A stretch of DNA of 64,000 nt from contig NC_092379.1 in assembly GCF_030028105.1 (NCBI RefSeq), forward strand, positions 28,017,821-28,081,820, in the 5' to 3' direction. The first letter of the stretch is position 1. Each line of letters starts with the position of its first letter. This DNA is from Mobula birostris (taxonomy: Eukaryota). The notes under the pieces are model-generated. The model was not told the DNA's origin and searched no databases. It saw only the letters and a list, made by a program, of their open reading frames with translations. Positions 11,529-22,825 of the stretch are shown here, in pieces. The position numbers and the translations under genes are program-made.

Positions 11529-13029
11529 AAAGTTTGTAAATAAAGGCGGACTCACGATCCATTGCGTTTACCGAGAGTTTACGTTCGTGCTCATACAAAT
11601 TAGAGAATGTTCGCAGTATATTTCGATTGACTACATCTACAAGTCAAAGCACTGTACAATTGGCAATATGAATGGTTACAGAAATTAGGTCACGTAATTC
11701 CGAGCAGCGTTGACACCATACGTCCTGATTGTTTGAAGCATTGTACCTATTTTTGCAACACCTACAGTAATAGCCTCCGAATAAATTAATATACATGTTC
11801 TAACCTAGCAAGACTACTGAACGTTTTGGATGAACTCACAGCGCGTATCCAGCAAAATGGACTTATTGGATAAGCACGGTCATTGATATTAATATCACAG
11901 TTGAACGTTAAGTGTATTTTCAGATGTAAAAACTCGTAACCTCATATGTCCTAAAATGTCCGTTCTGTATTCTGTCGTGCAATTGACAATTTTAAGCCAC
12001 GATCAGGAGGCACTGTACGAGACCTGTCGATTAGTACGTCAATACATATTCGCTTGGCCAATTACCCTATTGTCTGTACTTTCCATTTTGCTGAATTTCG
12101 TCGAATATATAACAAGCACCTTTTATATTGAATGAAGTACTTTGTGCTGGAAAGCTGTTTCTTTTTTGTATTGGTTACTGGGAAAATAACTACAAGATAA
12201 TATAAAATTTATCATTCCAATTCTGAAAATAAAGATTAAAGACCTAGCCTTTTCTCAATGTCCGAAATAAATACAGTTCATTATTTGGACAGAATGTTAA
12301 TAAATCTCTGACATTTCTATCACTTCAGTTCACTTTGCATAGCTCAGTTAATAAGCAGACATTTGTCACAGTCTTCCATTCGAGACAGGCTTCCTCCTCC
12401 AATCCAGTCATTACTGAGAGTGTGTTTGTAATTCCCGCCCCTATATTAGGTCACCAAGAAGCGCAGGTTTGAACGTTGCAGCTGTTGCGCTCATACCTCA
12501 CTTATGTTTCACCTAGTCTGAGCACTGTTATTGTGCTAATATCCAGTGAGGCTATATGCAATTGTTCCACGAGGTAAAACCCAGGAAGGTAAAAGTGGGG
12601 ATGCATTTTTTTTTTCCATTTCGTTTCGATTTGTGTACTCTGAGTGCAAATTTGAAACAGAAAGAAACCCCGTAAAGAACCGCTTTTCGTCCAACAATAT
12701 ATATTCTACTAAACTCGACAAGAATTTAATTTACAAAAAATTCCAGACTTACTTTCAAACACAAATATATGAATATTACTATTGATGATAACAATGACCT
12801 GTTTGATTGAAGTATCAGTGGCGGTCCTTCGATCAGACCCCACTATGATAATTACTGCATTCAAAAGCTAGTGGAGTCTGAGCTGGATAACCAGTAGAAT
12901 CATCTACTGCCACTAATTTCAGTTGTCGGTTACTGGCAGGTTTTCACTACCAGTTCTAATGTGGACAGCGCATCGTGACCCCTCTAGGTAGTGATCAGAA
13001 ATGGTTGACCTTCTTGAGCGCATGATGTT

Positions 13030-13760
13030 CACCTCGGTGGTGAGCAAATGGAACAGGTCACGCTTGGGATCAATATCTCAAATGACCTGACTTGGACCAA
13101 CCAAGCAGTGTCCACTACCAAGAAGGTCCACCAGCGCTCTTTATTTCCTGAGAAAAGTAAATAAATTTTGCCTGTCCCCAACATCCTCACTGTGTTATAT
13201 AGATGCACCCGAGAAAGCATTCTTCTAGGGTGCATCACAACCTGGTATGGAGGTTGTCTTGTTCAAGATCGGAAGTAGCTGCAGAAGATCGTGAACACGG
13301 CGCAGCACATTACACAAAACAATCTTCCTTCCGTGGACTCACTTTACACCGTACGCAGTCGCAGCAGTGCTGCCAGGATAATCTGGGACACGACCCACCC
13401 AGCCAACGCACCTTCTGTCCCTCTTCCCTCTGGGAGAAGGCTCAGGAACTTGAAGGCTCTGACGCGCAGATTTGGGAACAGCTTATTTACAATTGTGATA
13501 AGAAGACTGCTGAACGGATCCTGTCCCGGATCTGGGCGGTACCCTCAAAATATCCGGACCTGCCTCTCGTTTTTTTTTTTTTTTTTCACTACCTTACTTT
13601 TAATTCTCTATTTTCTATTTACGGTATATAATTTATTTTTCTTTTTAATATTTACTATCGACTTGTAGTCCAGGGAGCGAGAAGCGCAGAATCAAATATC
13701 GCTGGGATCATTGTACGTTCTAGTCCAATTGTTTGGAGACAATGAAGTATAGAGTATAAA
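13030..13760 (+). mobile_element. Rex1/Babar LINE 3' fragment
   Basis: TKKVHQR.YFLRK, CITTWYG, TAQHITQNNLPSVDSLY...THPA...LPSGRRLR motifs plus 3' UTR. Confidence 0.8.
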
Positions 13761-14094
13761 GTATTCTGGTGGATAGCTTCTCCGGTGTTTATGAGGTGAT
13801 CGGGGTAAATCCACTAATTATGTTGTCACTATGTGCACGCAACTCATTTTGGAATAGCAGATAAGGTAAATTTTATAAATAGACACTGAAGGGAATTTCA
13901 CTCATCCATTCCTACTGGATATTCAGGCAAGAGTTCATGAGTTTTCAATCTCCCTGGATATTAAACAACAACAGCAACAAAAACGACAAGGACAATACGA
14001 TGAAGATTTCTTTTTTTTTCTCTCTGAGGAGACCGAGATGACGGTTTTAATGCTGACGATTTGTGAGGACATTACTAGAGAGTGACATAAGTGC

Positions 14095-14900
14095 ATGTCC
14101 TCGGTGATGGTGACTGGGGAGGAGTCCTCAATGAGGCATATCATCGCTTCGAAGTATCACCTTTGGCAGGTATCCTGCAGTATTTTGATTGTTGTGTCAA
14201 TGATGAATCTGGCTGAGTTTAAGATGATATGAGGTTATTTTGTTTGTTTGTTTTTTGTTCCTGTGCAGTTGCCCCACCATACCAGACACAGATGCAAACA
14301 ATTAGAATCGTCCCCATATATCTTTAGAAATTACTGTGAGTATTTGATGGAAGACCAGTTCTCAAGCCTCCAGTGACATTTAGCTGCTGTAATGCCTTCT
14401 TTGTAATTGTGCCCAGTTTAAATCCACAGCGATGTTGATAACCACGCATTCGAAACTACTTATCCTTTACACTTCTGATTCCTCGGTAGGAATTGGTGTG
14501 TGTTCCATCGCTTTCCATTCCTGAAGTCCCAAGTGAATTTTGGACTTACTAAGCCAACACTCAATCAGATGATCTCTATAGCTGTCGTATGCCCATTCGT
14601 CACTATCTGAAATTGTGCAAACAATATCTATGTTTCCGTCAAATTTAATGAAGGGATAGAGTTGTGCGAAGCCTCAGATTCGTGTTTGTAGTAAGGGTCA
14701 AGAATTGGGTATGATTGAATTACGGCACTGTTGATCGTCAGCGACGATGAGATGTTATTTCCAATTGGTTTATCAGGAGGTCTCCCATTTAGGAGATCTA
14801 ATCCAGTTGCAGGGGGAGGCTTTGAGACCCAGGTTTTGAGCTTGTTGAGTAAAGCTCAGGAGTGCTGATAGCTGAGAAGAAAGGTATCCCAACACTGATG
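14095..14900 (-). mobile_element. Old Rex/Babar RT relic (also at ~61865-62690)
   Basis: Nucleotide similarity to the Rex RT region (gttgatcgtcagcgacgatgagatgttatttccaat...atccagttgcag); duplicated with the cassette. Confidence 0.6.
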
Positions 14901-16156
14901 TTGTGAATACAAAATTAAATGTAAAATGAAATTATCCTAGTACATGATAAAGGGTTGACACAACTGATTGTAAATATTACCCAGGCGTACTGTAACATTT
15001 CAATCAGCGATAGAGTGCGGCGGCAATCATGAAACAATCCAGAAATATTTTCTTATATGCCAACTTTAGAGACATGTGACAATGTTGCAGTTAAGGAATG
15101 CGTCAACTGAATTTTGGATGTTTGAAATTTCTATACAGATATAATTCTGCATCAGCAGAATATTCTTGAATGTGCTGATGCCTGGATTTTTTGAATTTGT
15201 TTGTGAGTAACTATAGCCGTAGATATGCAAGCCGTCCAAGAAGAAACATAAATACCTGTTGTAGCTGTTTTACCTCCGCTTTTGCATCATACTTTAATTG
15301 GGTAATTGGGTAATAAATCACGGGAAGATAAGTCGCATGCTGTATATCAGCTCTTTTAGCAGACTCTGGAATGTACATCATCCTGTGCAAGTACAATCCA
15401 TCCAATATCTGAGAAGAAGTTAGAAAATATAAATTTTCCCATTTTCACTGTTATGCACAATAACAGGATGAACTGCAAACGCGCCTCCCATCAATTGCAA
15501 AGTAAGCAGTATGTGCAATTACTCAGTAGCATTGAAAGCAACTGCACAAAATAAACTCTGGGCTTTCATCGAGTGTCAAAGACGTCTACACAAATAAACA
15601 ATGCTACCATCTTCTCGATAAGTTCTGAAATTATTCAGAGAAAAGCTAAAATTCGCAGACACCGGTGAGAGACGAAGAAATGCTGCGCGCCAGAAGTTTT
15701 AGCTCGTTTCAGCATTTTTATAACAAATCGCATTCCCCTATGTTCTGTCTGAAATCAACCAGAGATGTTTACTGTCTGATGTTATCTCTTTTTTGGCACA
15801 CTTAATTCGTAACACCGCTTTCCATACCTCTGGCATAATCTGCCTCAACGTGCAAGCGCAGATTGATGACAATCTTCTCCAAGGCGCCCAAGAGCTTCAT
15901 TACATTCGCTCACCGACGAGTGGCACTGTGCAGTTAATGTTGACACCTGAAAACTTTAATCCATTTGTTTTAATATTTGTCGGTTGCAAGCTGACCTGTT
16001 GAATCCTGCACCACGTTTAAAAGCCTTTTATCACAGATTTGATACTGTTAGATTGCGCTTGAGTTTTGTTGTTTTAGACAGATTCTGCCGTATTTTTAAT
16101 CCGACATTCCGTTTCCACTGCACGATTACAGGATTACAGAGTCTGTGAACGTCACT

Positions 16157-16633
16157 TTAAGGTGCGGATTCGTGCCGCACCTCATTATTATGTTCCTCCT
16201 CGGTAAATTGTTACTTCACTGTAATAACCGATATTAATCTAAAATACTACTTTAATACCGGAGGCAAATCTAGTTTAGTACCGTAATATTCCAAACTACT
16301 CTAGCTGTCCTTCAACGACGCATATTCTATTTAAGTTTGTAATTTGTTGGAAGTGTTGATTGTGATTTCTAACTTATTTTACAGTTACAAATGGGTCACC
16401 AAGACATCGTGGAACAGTTGCTCGGTTAAAAAAAAAAAAAAAAAAACTTCCATGAAAAAAAATAAAACAGTTTTGAATTTAACTTTGCAATCAGGTGGTG
16501 CTCTCACAGATGTGTTCCTGAATGGACAACAACCACAGTAATTGTTGCGGATTCCAGCAGAGATAGTAAACCGACAAAAAAATATACATAACTATTCTGT
16601 TCAAATCCGACTCTGCCATGTACTTCCGCGAAA
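16157..16633 (+). pseudogene. Relic V segment of a second, diverged subfamily
   Basis: Hydrophobic leader ...FVPHLIIMFLL G|GTAAAT (donor 16203) without ATG, acceptor TTTTACAG| at 16384. Remnants QDIVEQ...LNLTLQ...SDSAMYFR (Cys104>Arg); frameshifts and a poly-A run in FR1. Confidence 0.7.
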
Positions 16634-16672
16634 GACAATGTATCAAAGTACATTTTGCATTGAACAAAAAAC
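16634..16672 (+). promoter_or_regulatory. Decayed 23-RSS of the relic V
   Basis: GACAATG + exactly 23 nt + ACAAAAAAC; loss of the first C of the heptamer predicts no function. Confidence 0.7.
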
Positions 16673-16692
16673 ACTTCCAAAAATTTCACGTG

Positions 16693-16711
16693 AGCTCGAT
16701 AGAGGGCGAAC
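16693..16711 (+). promoter_or_regulatory. CTCF-like motif 3' of the relic RSS
   Basis: AGCTCGATAGAGGGCGAAC, identical to V1, 20 nt after the nonamer. Confidence 0.5.
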
Positions 16712-17429
16712 TCATCAAAAGAAACAGGTCTGGCAAGCAATGTGGAAACAAATTCTAACTAACGTCAAAAGGTTTAATTGGATCGTTTTGAATTATCGAG
16801 TGTCCAGTACGAACGCGTTAATATTCTCTTCTATATTTTTGTATATTTTTGGATTTTGATCGGTTTAACTGTGCTCCCACCAAAATGGATTTCCCGGCTT
16901 CTGTGCTGTTTAAATGTAACATTCTGCCTTGAGTCTTGCATTACCACAGTAGACAATACCAATAGATTTATATTTTGAAGGGGGTGTCCGATGGATAGAC
17001 AGCCAAATGGCGAAAGACGTGCTCATATTCTATCAGACAAAACTTCCCATCAACATCAGAAATGAACCAACGTATGGTTATCTAACACACAACAATATTA
17101 TCGCTGAGGAGTTTAGTCAACGGCTTGTACACACACTTCTGATATATTTTATAAACATGCTGCCACTCACAGATATCTTCACTGTACGTCTTCCCGCACA
17201 TTCACTGGTAAAAATGGTCGCCCTTTGTCATCGTTATTCTGTCTCCTCTGTGTTCCGTACTCAGTATGATACTTTCAATAAAAACGTAAGAACGCTTAAG
17301 ATGTTATTATTCTGTAAAATACAGGGTTCATCTTCCTCTGAATTCGATACTGCACTCACGCGCATCTACTCCATTTTTCATCGTCGCATCGCCGTGAGAG
17401 GGGTAAAGTTCCCATTGTACTTAGGTGAC

Positions 17430-17810
17430 TCAGCCAGTACATCACGCCACGGAACCTCCGCAATCGGCCACGAGACGTATTGCGAAGCACAACTTTCGCT
17501 CCATCTTTCCAGTTTCCTTTCGCATTTTGCAGGGATCACCCTCTCCGCGACTCCATTGTCATGTGCAACTGCATACGGAACTGGATTCTGTCACTTTTTC
17601 TTGCAAATGGAACATCATGTGCTAACTTTGCCCATCATCTCACCACCATTCAGGGCCCAAACAGTCTTTCCAGATGATTTAATAGTTTACTTGGCTGTCT
17701 TTCGTGGGCACCAACTTTCCCTGACGCTCCAGGCGCGGCCTAGAATGATAGAATAAAATCGAGCTGGATTGGGGAGCTTCTTCGGGCATCTTCGCTCTGT
17801 CCCGAAAAAG
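17430..17810 (+). mobile_element. Penelope-like GIY-YIG relic
   Basis: AFCRDHPLRDSIV, LTTIQGP and F.GHLRSV remnants. Confidence 0.6.
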
Positions 17811-17902
17811 AAAGTTCAAAGTAAATTTACTAGTGAGATCATTTACTTGTGGGCATACTCAGAAAATTCAGTAACTGTAATAGAGTCATTGAAAGATGGC
17901 AC

Positions 17903-18043
17903 NNNNNNNNNNNNNNNNNNNNNNNNNNNNNNNNNNNNNNNNNNNNNNNNNNNNNNNNNNNNNNNNNNNNNNNNNNNNNNNNNNNNNNNNNNNNNNNNNN
18001 NNNNNNNNNNNNNNNNNNNNNNNNNNNNNNNNNNNNNNNNNNN
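17903..18043. other. Assembly gap (141 N)
   Basis: Run of N. Confidence 1.
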
Positions 18044-18189
18044 AGCATGAAATGAATAATTCCTTGAAAGTGCGTCGAGAGCTTGGAGGAACAGTTAACT
18101 GATGGGCAGATTTTCCCCCTCTGGTTCAACAGCCTAATTTTTGACAGGTAAAACATTTCCCTGTTCTTGGAAACGTGAGTTTTTTGCCT

Positions 18190-19050
18190 TATTTACATTC
18201 CATGATGGCGAACTGCATGGGGTCCATGACTAGGATGGTGGGGTCCCTGATAATGACTGCTGCTTCCTTGCGACAGCGATCTGTGTAGCTATGCTTAATG
18301 ATGAGGACTGTTTTATCGGTGATGGACCTGGATGTATCTAGTACTGTTTATAGGATTTTCCGTTCAAAGGCATTGTTGTTCCCATATAAGTCTGTGATGA
18401 AGCCAATCAACATAATCTTATGTAGGAGCGTGACCATGCCAGATCGTACTTTCCCAAACTCAAGGAAGTAGAGGCGCTGCTTCTGAGGGGTGATAAATTT
18501 AAATTTGCTGACCCTCCCTACCAGTGATTTCTCTGATAAAGTCTGTTACATGTACCTGAGATTTCCTCTACCTGAAATCAACCATCAGTTCCTTGGGTCT
18601 TATTCACATTGAATAAGATAATATTGTTGTGGCAGATTTCAATCTCCCTCCTCTCTACTGAGTAGTTATCACTCTTGATTCGGCAGACAATATCGTCAGC
18701 AAATGTAAATATAGCGGTTGAACTGACGTTAACCACATAGTCAGAAGGATAAAGTGAGTAGAGTTGGGAAACAGCACACAGACCTGTGGTGCAACTGTGC
18801 TGATGGAGATTATGGGTGAGGTATTGTTGCTAATCCGAACTGATTGGGTCTGCATGTGTGGAAATCGAGCACCCAATTTAACAAGGAAGAACGGATGCAT
18901 TGAAACATAATGGTTAGTTGTTGGGAGATAATAGCATTGAATGCCGAGATGTACATATCTGCGATGATCGCATGAGTCACCTTTGAGTGAACAGCCATGA
19001 AGCAGATATCCAAGTGATTACAAATACCAATACGACTTCCATTCTCAAAA
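18190..19050 (-). mobile_element. Rex/Babar LINE RT relic
   Basis: The minus strand gives WVLDFHTCRPNQ, ISISTVAPQVCVL and FADD-like remnants. Confidence 0.7.
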
Positions 19051-20119
19051 TGATTTATTGGCGATTGGCCTCCTCTACGTCTGACATGAAGATAGTCTCA
19101 GTTTTGAGGAGGCAACACGTCCTGTTCTGCCTTGGTACCCTCGGACCTGATGGCATGAATACTGATTTATCAAACTTTCCGTAATTTCTGGACGCTCGGT
19201 TGCAAACCAAGTTTTGGTGCTGGAATGGAATGTACTTCACGTAATCGGGAAAGCAAGAAGAATGTGAGTAGATAGATTGATATTTTTATTGTCGACTCAA
19301 AAGACACATTCTTCTGCATTTCTTGAAAAATATCATGTCGTACATTTCAAGACAGTTATTAACTCTACTCATATGCAGTCACTTCATACTCTTCTGTCCC
19401 ATGTTCATAGTGGTTGGCTCAGTGAGCAAGCACATCGTACCCATGAACACTTGGAGCTTCGCCCAGCTCAAGTGATCGCTGACATTAGTACGTTTTTGGA
19501 CTATGGGAGAAAGCCACTACACCCGGAGGAAATCCAGACAGATACGGCGAGTACCTACAAGTTCATTACAGACGGGTTGAAAATTGAACCTGAGTCGCTG
19601 AATATGGGATTTCTAGCGCCAGTCACTCTGCCATCATGCTGCCCAATTCGCAGCGTTTTTGTGTAGGTTATACAAGAGCGTATCTCTGCTTCAACATCGA
19701 AAACCACGATTATCACGATCAACAGTCGGCTTTATCACTTCAATGTCCGAGCCATGTCACACTGGAGTGACATTTGTCTTTTAACAAATACACTGTTTTG
19801 TAGCAAAGATTAGATCCGACGATGTCGGATCTCAGAGAAATCCCTACCGTATACAAACTGACCCGCCTGCTGCACTGTTCTAACTCTGAGGTATTTTGAA
19901 TTACAGACACATTAAACAATGCGTAAATATACAGAGACATTTCCGGACCGAAATAGTGCCAATAGAAGGCGTCATTTCTTCTGCGATTAGACGTAGGAAT
20001 TTGATATTGGTGGAGTGCTTTGAAATGTCTTATGATTAGACTGGAAAAAAACAATACAACTATCATATTCCAATGTTTTCTCAGCAGTTAGTGTGTGTAG
20101 ATCATGAGCAACTTTGTTT

Positions 20120-20308
20120 NNNNNNNNNNNNNNNNNNNNNNNNNNNNNNNNNNNNNNNNNNNNNNNNNNNNNNNNNNNNNNNNNNNNNNNNNNNNNNNNN
20201 NNNNNNNNNNNNNNNNNNNNNNNNNNNNNNNNNNNNNNNNNNNNNNNNNNNNNNNNNNNNNNNNNNNNNNNNNNNNNNNNNNNNNNNNNNNNNNNNNNNN
20301 NNNNNNNN
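20120..20308. other. Assembly gap (189 N)
   Basis: Run of N. Confidence 1.
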
Positions 20309-20430
20309 CTTTCTCTTTACCTCTCCCTTTTTCTCTCTTTCTCTCTCTTCCTCTCTATATGCCCTTCTGTTTTTTTTTCTCTCTCTCGCTCTCTTTCTTT
20401 CTCTCTCTCTCATATACTATCTTTCTTTCT
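20309..20430. repeat. Imperfect (CT)n pyrimidine tract
   Basis: CT/TTTC-rich microsatellite abutting the gap. Confidence 0.85.
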
Positions 20431-21012
20431 TGCTGTGAAAGCCAAATGCATGATCACGCAACCAAGAATCTGGCATAGAACGGAACATTGCAGTGAAATA
20501 ATAGTATTCGCCCAGGAAAGTGCAGAATACTTTACCGACTTTAACACATATCTAAGCTTTGATTCCTAAGCATCGCTCCATTTATTTTCTTTCATCCATC
20601 TGGTTAACTAAGAATTTCATAATTGCCGCAATATATCTGCTACGACCACAACACCTGACAGGCTGTTCTACGCACCCACAACTCTCAGTGAAAAGAACTC
20701 AACTCTGGTATCCAATCACCATATCGAAGTTCCGATCAATTTATATTATGACCCCGCCTATTTTATCTGACCGTCCTTAGAAAAAAAAATCTCTGATTAT
20801 CCAGTCGATTCATGCATCTTGGTTTCTTATTCAACTCGGTCAAGTCTCAGCCGATGCTCCTTCACTTCAAGTAGAAAGGTCCATGCCCGCCCATACTTTT
20901 TTCGAATAAGAAGTGCTCAGTCGAGGCAACATCCCACTAAATCGAATCCACACCATCTCCAACGTTATTACATACTTCCGAAAAAAAGGCAAACATAACT
21001 CAATAATATTCC

Positions 21013-21184
21013 ATCAAAGTTGCTGGTGAATGCAGCGGGCCAGGCAGCATCTCTTGGAAGAGGTACTGTCGAAGTTTCAGGCCGAGACCCTACGTCAGAG
21101 ATCCTGCCTGGCCTGCTGCGTTCACCAGCAACTTTGATGTGTGTTGCTTGAATATCCAGCATCTGCAGAATTCCTATTTTTGCG
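21013..21184. mobile_element. Short hairpin (fold-back) element, probably Penelope-terminus derived
   Basis: 36-bp inverted arms 21012-21047 / 21104-21139 (2 mismatches); flanking direct repeat TCAATAATATTCC at 21000-21012 and 21185-21197. Confidence 0.7.
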
Positions 21185-21829
21185 TCAATAATATTCCAAG
21201 TGTGGTCTAATTAGTGGTTTTTGGAACGTAACCATTACCTCGGAGCTCTTGGACTCCATCCTGTGATTTCTGAAGCTCAACGAAACATTAGCTCCCTCAA
21301 CAAATCTTTGGAGCTGCTAAATATACTCCTGTATACTCCATATTGAAACTGCAGAGGACCAACTGAGAGCTAAGAGGTCATGTATAGGGTAAATAAATTA
21401 CTGGATTGATCACAAACTCTAGGCAGAAGTTGATCAGATCACTACGCCAGGCTTCTGAAGCTAGGTACTCGATCCGGGGTCGGTTTGGGTTTCAAAGCCA
21501 TAGGTTCCTGAGAAGCTTTTGTCAGAGCGTTAAGTGTTACGGGGAGAATACAAAATAATCTGTTGATAGGGATAATAAATCATCCATGAAAAAATGACGG
21601 AGAAAACCCGACGGGCCGAATTCTGCTCATTCTTATTCTGCTTATTCTGCTCCTATTTCGCATATTATTCTGGTTTACGGAAAAAAAAAATAAATAAAGT
21701 GCCTCGTTTTCGACTGAAGATGTAGAAATTCTCTGGCAGCCCTGCAGAAAGACTCTCTGCAACAATAATAAAAGCCTATCATCGGAACCGGCTGACTTCA
21801 GTCATTTCTCCGTTCCAAATGGTTTGGCT

Positions 21830-22400
21830 TTTCAAAAAGACGTTTAGCGACGTTTCAATGACAGGTTCTGACATGTCCTTTAGGGATGGTCCTGAGCCAT
21901 GTCTAGTCGCATAGAATATATAGACCCGTTCGTCGTCCGCCCGGATTGGTTAGTCCTCATCAAATCAAGCTACAGCTGTCCTTCGTTGTTTAAAGGCGAC
22001 TTAATTTTACTTATAGGGAGAGCTTCATCTTCGTTGAACTTCTGTTTCTTTAGTTTAATTTCAATAGTTTTGTTCACCGGGCAGTCCCAAAAGTCGTTGG
22101 GGCTGCACAGTAGTTTGATGCCGTTGATGGTCCACTACTGCCGATTCGTCCAGGCAGAGCAAATGGATACCGTCCTGTGTTCCTTCACGCGGGTTTCTAC
22201 AATGCGTCTCTTTTGCGACATATACGCTGCTCCGTATTCACAGTAAACTGTTAAATTCCAGCCTTATTGACTCTCACGGAAAACGTGAACTGCATAAGCT
22301 GTGATCTGAGCCTCCTTACTGGTTTATGGATGCTATCAATCCGTATATTTTTAAATCCTTACGAACCGTCATGTGATTCCTCCACGTTTCCCGTTTTTTT
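21830..22400 (-). mobile_element. Penelope (Poseidon-like) GIY-YIG relic
   Basis: The minus strand gives CEYGAAYMSQKRRIVETRVKEHR...KLLC...FWD...IEIKL remnants. Confidence 0.65.
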
Positions 22401-22454
22401 CAGTCCGTCCTTGTAAAGGTTCATTTAAAATTTTAACGTTTCCCCAGTTCTGTA

Positions 22455-22825
22455 GGTAGAAACATGGAAACATTGAAAACCTACAGCACAATACAGGTCC
22501 TTCGGCCCACAAATTTGTACCGAACATATCCTTACCTTAGAACTATCTAGGCTTACCCATAGCCCTCTATTTTTCTAAGCTCCATGTATCCATCCATGAG
22601 TCTCTTAAAATACCCTATCGTTTCCGCCTCTCCCACTGCCGCCTGTAGCACATTCCACGCACTCAACACTCTCTGTGTAAACACTTAACACTGACATCCT
22701 TGCTGTATCTACTTCCAAACACCATAAAAATATGCCCTCCCGTGCTAGCCATTTCAGCCCTGTGGGAATACCTCTGACTAGCCACACGATCAATGCCTCT
22801 CATTATCTTATACACCTCTATCAGG
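22455..22825 (-). mobile_element. CR1 3' end (left part of a split element)
   Basis: LIEVYKIMRGIDRVASQR plus 3' UTR and tail on the minus strand. Confidence 0.85.

Larger units (their letters stand above)
1..16230 (+). repeat. V cassette copy I
   Basis: Collinear with 45940-64000 once the copy-specific insertions are removed, apart from ~11700-14000, which that copy lacks. Confidence 0.85.

Noticed and set aside
17007-17756. 249-aa ORF as a host gene
   Set aside because: No recognisable domain in this frame and no splice context; its 3' half overlaps a Penelope relic read in other frames.
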